Shown piece by piece: positions 32,336-39,438 of a stretch of 64,000 nucleotides of DNA. Each line of letters begins with the position of its first letter. Position 1 is the first letter of the stretch. The position numbers were made by a program, and so were the translations under genes. Origin of the DNA: Candidatus Poribacteria bacterium (GTDB lineage Bacteria > Poribacteria > WGA-4E > WGA-3G); NCBI GenBank assembly GCA_965197475.1, contig CBDANF010000002.1, positions 1 through 64,000 of the forward strand, given 5' to 3'. The notes under the pieces are model-generated. The model was given only the letters and a program-made list of their open reading frames with translations, was not told the origin of the DNA and ran no database searches.

Positions 32336-32435
32336 TTTAAACTATGAACCGTACAAAGATTTGAATCGCTTTGTTCCATGTTTTCGCTTTACTAATCTAC
32401 TCATTTTCAAATATCAAACGATTCCAAATTTACTC

Positions 32436-33341
32436 TTAATGATGTGTTTGCCAATGTGTTAAATCTTGTCTCAATAATTCTGCTAACTGTTCATTATAAG
32501 GTTTAAAATACTGGACTAATTCCTGGCCCGTCTGTGGGTTCAGGGGCGGAGGCGTAAAAGTTTTTTCGTTTAAGTCCAAAATAGCTTTTCTCAATTTGTA
32601 AGCAGTCGCATCTGGAACAAACTTCCGAATTGCACGTCTCAATGGATTACGGGAGGCAAGAAATTGCGTAAACAGAAAGCCCAATTTTTCGGATCGTGGC
32701 ATTGCAGCCTGATTGTGATGTTCGCCTACTACTGGCTCAAAATCTAAATGGACACCTATTAGTTTGAAAATTTGTTGACAAACGGCATTGGCATCGGTTT
32801 TCAATTCATCTGTCAAAACACAGTGTACTTGATCTGCCCCGAACTGTGTAATCATATTTTTCACTAATGGATAATAGGTGCTGTTGAATCGATATGCACA
32901 TTGCCGCCATTTAAACCAATTTTCATTTAGGCGTGTTTCCTCAACTTCAAGTGCATCTTCAAAAGTTTTAATATTTTCCCATCCTCTGCGGCGGGCCCAC
33001 CAATACGCAGAATACGCACGCGAAACAGGCTCTCGTAAAAGGACAATAAGGTGGATTTCAGGGTTGTGTTCATATATCCGTTGCATAATTTCTTGTGAAC
33101 ACATTACCATCACATTTTTCGCAATGATGTGCATATTTTCTGGACATTTTGAGAAATATTTTGCGAACGCCCATTCGTAGCCACGCACATATTCATGGTC
33201 TTGAAGGAAAAAAGTCATCTCTGGTTGCGGATGTGTGTAGATTTCAGGATGCTGTGCCAAGTAGCGCAACAACGAAGAAGTACCTGACTTCTGTGAACCT
33301 ACAATCATCAGTTGAATGTTTTTAGATTGATCCTTTTTCAT
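32436..33341 (-). CDS. Sulfotransferase (Sulfotransfer_1, heparan-sulfate sulfotransferase-like)
   Basis: IVGSQKSGTSSL..YL.QHP; LREPVSRAYSAY. Confidence 0.9.
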   Translation of the reverse strand: MKKDQSKNIQLMIVGSQKSGTSSLLRYLAQHPEIYTHPQPEMTFFLQDHEYVRGYEWAFAKYFSKCPENMHIIAKNVMVMCSQEIMQRIYEHNPEIHLIVLLREPVSRAYSAYWWARRRGWENIKTFEDALEVEETRLNENWFKWRQCAYRFNSTYYPLVKNMITQFGADQVHCVLTDELKTDANAVCQQIFKLIGVHLDFEPVVGEHHNQAAMPRSEKLGFLFTQFLASRNPLRRAIRKFVPDATAYKLRKAILDLNEKTFTPPPLNPQTGQELVQYFKPYNEQLAELLRQDLTHWQTHH

Positions 33342-34342
33342 CAGGTTAGTCTACCTATAAAAGGTTGCCATGGTGGTTGTTTGCCAATCAATTTTCTGAG
33401 ATCATCTACATCGTGCTCATAGAACGTAACTAACCGATTTTGCGTTTTTTCAGAAACGGTGACGCTTTCATCAGGACGGGTGTTCAAACGGAGATAGAGT
33501 GGTTCAATTGCTCGCCTCATTACACGCAAAGATCTATGAATTATAGGTTTGTTATGTGTCCACCGACGTACCTGGAATCTAAACGCTCTATATTTCTGAT
33601 GAAACTCTGAATTTCTCATCGTCTCGGTGCGATTGGTAACCTTAAATGTATAATCCTCATAAAAATCAGGTTCTATATCAGCAAAACGGCATAAATCATT
33701 CAAAACTTTTAATGGGTTTTCGGCAAGGTCTTCATAAAAAAGCGTGTAGATGCGGTCTTTACCAAAACGTTCAAGATAGTTTTTCAGATAGCTTGCGTAA
33801 CATCCCTGTTGGAGCGTTTGCATGTACTGTTGACGGTCTATGTTTTCCTCGGAATTCACATCATCCTGAGATGTTTGTTCTACGGACGGTTTTGCCGACA
33901 CAACATTGAAAAGTTCTTCAACATAACCATCAAAACTGAGACTTTTCGGCAATCTTCCTATCTGTCTTGCGAAGCGATACCACGAAATTAATCGAGAAAT
34001 CGGTTCACGTAGACTAAAAATCAACTTGGCATGTGGCAGAAACTTAGCAATTCTCTCAAGCGCAGATGCACAATACAAGTAGTCTGGTGTTGACTCAAGT
34101 CTAAATTGATTTTCATCACATTCTGAAAACAGCAAATTGTATTCTTCAACATCACCTTTGAATCGGAATTTTGAAGGCAGTGGATAATCAGTGTCAAGAA
34201 AGAAACGGGTTTCTTTATAGGATGCGGCACAAACTGATGGATGGTCGGCAAGATAGGCGAACAAAGATGTTGTCGCAGCTTTTGTTGTCCCTCCGACAAT
34301 CAGATATTGGTAGTCACTGACCATTTTTGTTGAAGTTTGCAT
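33341..34342 (-). CDS. Sulfotransferase (Sulfotransfer_1, heparan-sulfate sulfotransferase-like)
   Basis: IVGGTTKAATTSL..YLADHP; KETRFF; ESTPDY; LREPISRLISWY. Confidence 0.9.
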   Translation of the reverse strand: MQTSTKMVSDYQYLIVGGTTKAATTSLFAYLADHPSVCAASYKETRFFLDTDYPLPSKFRFKGDVEEYNLLFSECDENQFRLESTPDYLYCASALERIAKFLPHAKLIFSLREPISRLISWYRFARQIGRLPKSLSFDGYVEELFNVVSAKPSVEQTSQDDVNSEENIDRQQYMQTLQQGCYASYLKNYLERFGKDRIYTLFYEDLAENPLKVLNDLCRFADIEPDFYEDYTFKVTNRTETMRNSEFHQKYRAFRFQVRRWTHNKPIIHRSLRVMRRAIEPLYLRLNTRPDESVTVSEKTQNRLVTFYEHDVDDLRKLIGKQPPWQPFIGRLT

Positions 34343-34416
34343 ATTCCATCAAAATCTAAACGACAAATAATTCCTTAAAGCATTTCAAAATATCTACTTT
34401 TCCAAAAAACAAATCT

Positions 34417-35784
34417 TCAACCTTTCGAATATAGAGAAACACCCGTTTTTCTAAGCAGAAAGACTAAATTCGCCACAGCAAGAACTGCAGTAACCACAAT
34501 AGCAATCGCAATTCCTGTTAGTTCCCATACCGTCACAAGTCCGTACGCCACAATGAAGTTTAAAACCGCCATTGTGACCATGTTTCTAAAAATGAGTCCA
34601 TACGTTTTCTGAGCATAGAGTCCAGCATTTAGCACGGGAATCAAGCAAGAAAATACTGTACCAATGCTTAAACAGAAAAGGATTTGACCAATCTGTTGAA
34701 CAGATCGGTCAGCAAGTTCACCTCTTCCATAAAGGATATGCGCTATTTTTGTTGAACCCAATAGAAGTAAAAACGTAATTGGGACTGCGATGTATAATAC
34801 AGTTCGCAAGTTGCGTAATAGTGTCTGTCTCAACTTTTGTTTATTCTCTTCAGTGTTATCTGCTGCCATATCAGGCAATCCTGTTGTGGCAATGCTTATC
34901 CCAATAAGCGTCTGTATCGCAGAAAAAATTCGGAAGGCACTATTGTAGAGTGTAATTGCGCCTTTGCCGAGTTTTCCCACTAAAAACACTTCAACAAACA
35001 AACGAGCAGTTATCTGTCGGATTGCGAAACCGAGTGTCGGCAGTGGAATTGTCTCTTTCAATGAACGCAGTGCATCAAAAGATATCCACGAAAAACGGTA
35101 GCCATATCCCGCCCTATGCATCCCGACGTACAACCACCCAAAATATACCACAAATCCGGATGCGTAGGCTATAGCGACGCAATGTGCAAGGTTTTCTGCA
35201 TCTGATAGAAGCAGGAAGACCAAGGTTGCGATCCCGGATGGAAGCGCGTTTCGGAAGGCAACTGTTTTGAAACGCCGCTGACTATTTAGAAACGCCCCCA
35301 ATATTGTGCTACCACTACCGAAGATAACTAATGGCGCACACAATCGCAATAAGGTTGCCATCTCTACTCTTGCTACCACCGAACTACTTGACAACAAAAC
35401 GTTCGCGATCCATGTTGCGAATACCTCTATTAGCAGCATCAAAACCACGCCCGCACAGAGCATAAAATTTAAGATGCCACTTGTAAAATATTGAAAATCG
35501 GTTCTGCTTTTCGATTTCTCTTCATTTATAAAAAGCGGAACAAGACTAAATTTAGCACCTTCTCGGAGTACAGTATCAACTAATAGAACAACCTTTAATG
35601 CAGCAATTAAAGCGTCCGCTGTTTCACTTACCTCAAGATATCTGGGAATTAAGACATGGAATAAGAGACTCAACCCCATTCCTATAAAGGTAATTAGCAT
35701 TACCCAGCGAGTTGGAGAATGTCTCAACTTTTCTACTAATCTACCTATCTTTTGGAACGAGTTATGCTCTCGAATTCGCTTCAA
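34417..35784 (-). CDS. MurJ/MviN-like MOP flippase
   Basis: About 12 hydrophobic helices; EGA..SLVPLF, LNSQRRF, ISIATTGLP. Confidence 0.82.
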   Translation of the reverse strand: MKRIREHNSFQKIGRLVEKLRHSPTRWVMLITFIGMGLSLLFHVLIPRYLEVSETADALIAALKVVLLVDTVLREGAKFSLVPLFINEEKSKSRTDFQYFTSGILNFMLCAGVVLMLLIEVFATWIANVLLSSSSVVARVEMATLLRLCAPLVIFGSGSTILGAFLNSQRRFKTVAFRNALPSGIATLVFLLLSDAENLAHCVAIAYASGFVVYFGWLYVGMHRAGYGYRFSWISFDALRSLKETIPLPTLGFAIRQITARLFVEVFLVGKLGKGAITLYNSAFRIFSAIQTLIGISIATTGLPDMAADNTEENKQKLRQTLLRNLRTVLYIAVPITFLLLLGSTKIAHILYGRGELADRSVQQIGQILFCLSIGTVFSCLIPVLNAGLYAQKTYGLIFRNMVTMAVLNFIVAYGLVTVWELTGIAIAIVVTAVLAVANLVFLLRKTGVSLYSKG

Positions 35785-35914
35785 GTTCTAATTGTCTCTC
35801 AAATGCACTATACTGAAAACCAGATTTTTGACTTGTCGGTTCGCCGAATTGTTCATTTTTTGTGATTAGCAGGAGTTAGAAATCCAGTTGTTACGAATTT
35901 GCAATATGCTAGCA

Positions 35915-36316
35915 TTATCCGTTGAGAATCTTCTGGACAATGTCTGTGGTATGGATATAATCCGTATACACCGTTTGAACAGGTATCTCTAATCCCAGTT
36001 CTTCAAGAATCTCGCGGAGTCTTGCATTGCCATCAGCACCTTCAACACAAATATCGGGTGATACCTGAGCAACTAAATCCAGTTGCGACTCCAAAGAAAA
36101 GATTTCCACAGTATCCACATATCGACATGCTTTTATCAGTGCAATACGTTGTTCAAGGGGATAAATAGGTCTATTTTCACCTTTGACGCGTCGGACTGTA
36201 TCATCCTCAGCAACACCGACCACGAGCCGATCACCACATGCAGCCGCTGCCTCGAAGAATTTCAGATGTCCATAATGAAATAGATCGAAACAACCCGTAA
36301 CCAAAACAGTTTTCAC
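35915..36316 (-). CDS. Cytidylyl/adenylyltransferase family (TagD / RfaE domain II-like)
   Basis: GCFDLFHYGH (HxGH), KGENRPI, TTDI. Confidence 0.88.
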   Translation of the reverse strand: MKTVLVTGCFDLFHYGHLKFFEAAAACGDRLVVGVAEDDTVRRVKGENRPIYPLEQRIALIKACRYVDTVEIFSLESQLDLVAQVSPDICVEGADGNARLREILEELGLEIPVQTVYTDYIHTTDIVQKILNG

Positions 36317-37326
36317 GTTTGAAGCTCCAATGCTCTAAAAGCATATTTGGCTGTTTGCCGATGTTGGTAAACCTCTGCCTCTGGTGGAGAATTGAAGTGG
36401 AACGGACTGTCTAGTTTATCTAGTTTAGGAGCCAGTTTTTCACCGTATCCACCGATAACGTATATCTCTGATTTTTCGGGAACCTGCATCAACTCATATA
36501 GGGAAATGATGTAATTCATTTCAGAAATAGTAATTGGATTGGAAACTTTTTTGACGACCTGTTTGTGAAAACTACCGTTTGCTGTAATCGTCCAACGTAT
36601 TCCTTCCAATTTCTCATCTTGTCTCGGTAAGAATGAAATTTCCGGCTGACTGATCACCACCCATGTTCCTGCAATGATGATTGGTTTGGGATTAAACACA
36701 GAGATACAACTATGATCATGCCCGCCAGCAAAGACTGCAACACCGTTTTCAGTGTTCCCAACGATTGTTGCTGCACTCATGAATTCAGATGAAAACGGAA
36801 AGGGTTCACACTGATATTTTTGGAGTAGTTCGACTGCCCAACGTCGCTGAGAAAAGTTTAACATACCGCTATTGCCAGCGTGTGTCAAATCCCAAGTATT
36901 TATTTTAGCATTTGCAAGCCGAGATGCGATATAGGTTGAAACAGGTAATGCTGGTCCGTCAGAATAGGAAGGAAACGTTAGAAGCGATTGAAATGCTGAA
37001 CCGATATCCCGTTTGACATCCGTTGGCGTGCCTGTCTGCTCATAATAATCCTCAGATAAAGGCACACGATTATGGGTAGGTTCATAAATAATATTGTTAT
37101 AAACAACACCTTCTCCGAAACTAAGCGGAAAGATTGCTTGATACGTGTAATTGTCAAACTTAGACAAAACCTCTCTAACACATGCCTCAAGCGTCCTTGG
37201 TGATGTAATATCGGTCACCAATTTATAATCAGCGATGATGTCTAACGTATTGTTGAACAGATAGCCTTTCGTATATGAACAACCTATGTCAAGAACCAGG
37301 ATTTGCATTGCAATACCTCTGCACAA
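36313..37326 (-). CDS. Divergent, shortened FGGY-family carbohydrate kinase
   Basis: LDIGCSYTK, SFGEG, THAGNSG, GGHDH, AGTW, IGG; 337 aa versus the usual ~480. Confidence 0.65.
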   Translation of the reverse strand: MCRGIAMQILVLDIGCSYTKGYLFNNTLDIIADYKLVTDITSPRTLEACVREVLSKFDNYTYQAIFPLSFGEGVVYNNIIYEPTHNRVPLSEDYYEQTGTPTDVKRDIGSAFQSLLTFPSYSDGPALPVSTYIASRLANAKINTWDLTHAGNSGMLNFSQRRWAVELLQKYQCEPFPFSSEFMSAATIVGNTENGVAVFAGGHDHSCISVFNPKPIIIAGTWVVISQPEISFLPRQDEKLEGIRWTITANGSFHKQVVKKVSNPITISEMNYIISLYELMQVPEKSEIYVIGGYGEKLAPKLDKLDSPFHFNSPPEAEVYQHRQTAKYAFRALELQT

Positions 37327-37529
37327 AACTAAAATCTCTTGTAATCACCTTATGTTAACTTACTATTCCTATGATAAAACAGGTATTATCGCGTCTAATG
37401 TATAGTAGTAAATTTACTTCTATTATTTATAGTTTGTATCAAATGACCCCATGAGTTATACTATTAGTATTCGTTAAACTAACGGGTAGATGTCCTCGGA
37501 TCCCCGATAATCTATTCATGGAGGTCAAT

Positions 37530-38327
37530 ATGAACCGCAAGAAGGATACCGCCTACGGTATCAATCGACTGGAATCCAAGAATGCCAGAGCCGCGATTAT
37601 TCAGAAGATTTCAGCAGACTTTAATCTAATGCCTCTCGTTGCTGAAGCCTACTATAAACAGATTTCTACCTACTTTGAACAACACGCCGATGTGCAACTC
37701 ACATCAGGGCAAATCTGCTACGAGGCAGTCGCCGCTGAGGAACCCGCAGGCAAACACATCGCTTTAGCGAAAAAAATCTCCTGTCGACTCAAACTCAACG
37801 ATGTTGAAGCCGACCTTGAAGTTTTAGCGACTTATGGGCTCGCAGGTCTCAGACAGCATCGGATCCTCCGATTGACCCAAGAAGCTTATGACCAAGAAGC
37901 CTTGCTGAGTTATGAGGATTTGGCGGTGTTATTAACTACCAGTCCTGCCACCGTCAAACGCGACATCCGAGCGTTGAAGCAGTCCGGCTATTTCGTGATG
38001 ACGCGCGGGGCGAAACACGACATGGGCCCGGGACTGTCTCATAAGACGCAGATTCTTGAGTTGTCCTTCAAAGCATACACCTTCACCGAGATTGAGCAAA
38101 AGACGAACCACTCCGAACGGGCCGTCTACCGCTACTTGAGGGACTTAACACAAGTCGCCACGCTCCATCATCAAGGTTTTCCTAACGCACAGATACGGCT
38201 CATCACTCATCTCTCTGACCGGCTGATCCGCGAGTATCTCTCGCTGTCCGAGGAATACCAACACACCGATCGCATGACCCAACTCCTTCACCCAGAGCCC
38301 GTGGAGAAAAAAAAGGAGGAACTCTGA
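37530..38327 (+). CDS. DUF1670-like protein A (multiple HTH-like segments)
   Basis: RLTQEAYDQEALLSYEDLAVLL.TS..TVKRDI; TRG..HDMGPG.SHK; HS..AV.RY; GGAGG RBS. Confidence 0.8.
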   Translation: MNRKKDTAYGINRLESKNARAAIIQKISADFNLMPLVAEAYYKQISTYFEQHADVQLTSGQICYEAVAAEEPAGKHIALAKKISCRLKLNDVEADLEVLATYGLAGLRQHRILRLTQEAYDQEALLSYEDLAVLLTTSPATVKRDIRALKQSGYFVMTRGAKHDMGPGLSHKTQILELSFKAYTFTEIEQKTNHSERAVYRYLRDLTQVATLHHQGFPNAQIRLITHLSDRLIREYLSLSEEYQHTDRMTQLLHPEPVEKKKEEL

Positions 38328-39211
38328 TGAGCAAACCTTTGACGCGCACGCAAATCAACGAGAAAAAGTTCAGACGCATCAACGATAAATCGCTACGACA
38401 GTTGCTGATCCACCGCTTTCTCAATGACTATGGTTATGACAAAGGCGAAGTCACTGCCACCGCCATTGTTGATGATATTCTTAAGACCGTTGAAGACTAT
38501 TTCGTGATTACCCTTCCTTTGGAGAAACTCGCCACCGGCGATCAACTCCCGGATGAGCGTTTCTTGAGTTATGGACAACTCGTTTGGATGGCCGTCCCTA
38601 TTGAAGAGCATCCAGAAAGAGGAAAGTCCATCGTCAAAACCCGCATGAAACCCATCATCCTGACTTACCTCGCCGCAGAGGATATTGAATCCTTTCGCAA
38701 CGGTTTCACCTCCCGGCAATTGCGGATCAATCGCTTGGTCCGCTGGTGTCATCAAGCTTATGACCAAGGGGCATTATTGACACAACTCGACTTGGCAGTT
38801 TTGCTCAATGTCTGCGATGCCGTTGTCTGTGATTATGTTAATGAATGGCAAAAAACCACTGGAGAACTCTTGCCCACCCGTGGCAATATCCATGACTTAT
38901 CGGGGGCTATTACCCATAAGAAAGAGATCATAACCCTCTATCTTCAAGGACATCTCACCCCCAGGATTGCCGCAAAGACCAAACACTCTAAGGAGGCAGT
39001 TGACCGATACATTCGCGATTATGAGAGCGTCAAAGTCGTTCGGAAAGCAACCGCAGATATTGATAAAATCTCACAGATTACACGACTTTCTAAACGCGTC
39101 ATCTCTCAATATCTCGACCTCATACCGCAGCACCAACTCCAAGCCATAGATGCAGACCTTGCCAATTCAGACTCAAACGATGAAGCCACTCACCAAGGAG
39201 AAGCCCAATGA
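38327..39211 (+). CDS. DUF1670-like protein B
   Basis: QAYDQGALLTQLDLAVLL; PTRGNIHDLSGAITHK; HSKEAVDRY; overlaps the stop of gene A. Confidence 0.8.
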   Translation: MSKPLTRTQINEKKFRRINDKSLRQLLIHRFLNDYGYDKGEVTATAIVDDILKTVEDYFVITLPLEKLATGDQLPDERFLSYGQLVWMAVPIEEHPERGKSIVKTRMKPIILTYLAAEDIESFRNGFTSRQLRINRLVRWCHQAYDQGALLTQLDLAVLLNVCDAVVCDYVNEWQKTTGELLPTRGNIHDLSGAITHKKEIITLYLQGHLTPRIAAKTKHSKEAVDRYIRDYESVKVVRKATADIDKISQITRLSKRVISQYLDLIPQHQLQAIDADLANSDSNDEATHQGEAQ

Positions 39212-39278
39212 GACCCTAATCCTATGTTCCCGACGAACTTTACTTCGCAAAACCGGGGCAGGTGCCTTGAAAATATGG

Positions 39279-39307
39279 TTGACAACCGCTACTGGTTTTG
39301 CTATACT
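39279..39307 (+). promoter_or_regulatory. Near-consensus sigma70 promoter inside the right end of the DUF1670 element, pointing outward
   Basis: TTGACA, 17 bp, TATACT. Confidence 0.7.
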
Positions 39308-39438
39308 TTAGACACGTTTATCGCTAAACGCATCATTTCTCAAAGAGGATGCTCGCGATCCCAACGCAACCCACTCATTAATGATCGCTGGGAAGCCAAT
39401 AAACATCAACCTTCCAGATATCCTATGGTCATTTGATA

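Noticed and set aside
38880-39020. DUF1670 HSxxAVxRY as a tyrosine-recombinase box II
   Set aside because: Spacing is only loosely similar, no HxxR motif is present, and a plain HTH explains it; not claimed without a structural search
39224-39436. 70-aa ORF as a third element gene
   Set aside because: No RBS or recognisable motif, and it spans a consensus promoter; the coupled ATG at 39208 stops after three codons. A transposase remnant is not excluded
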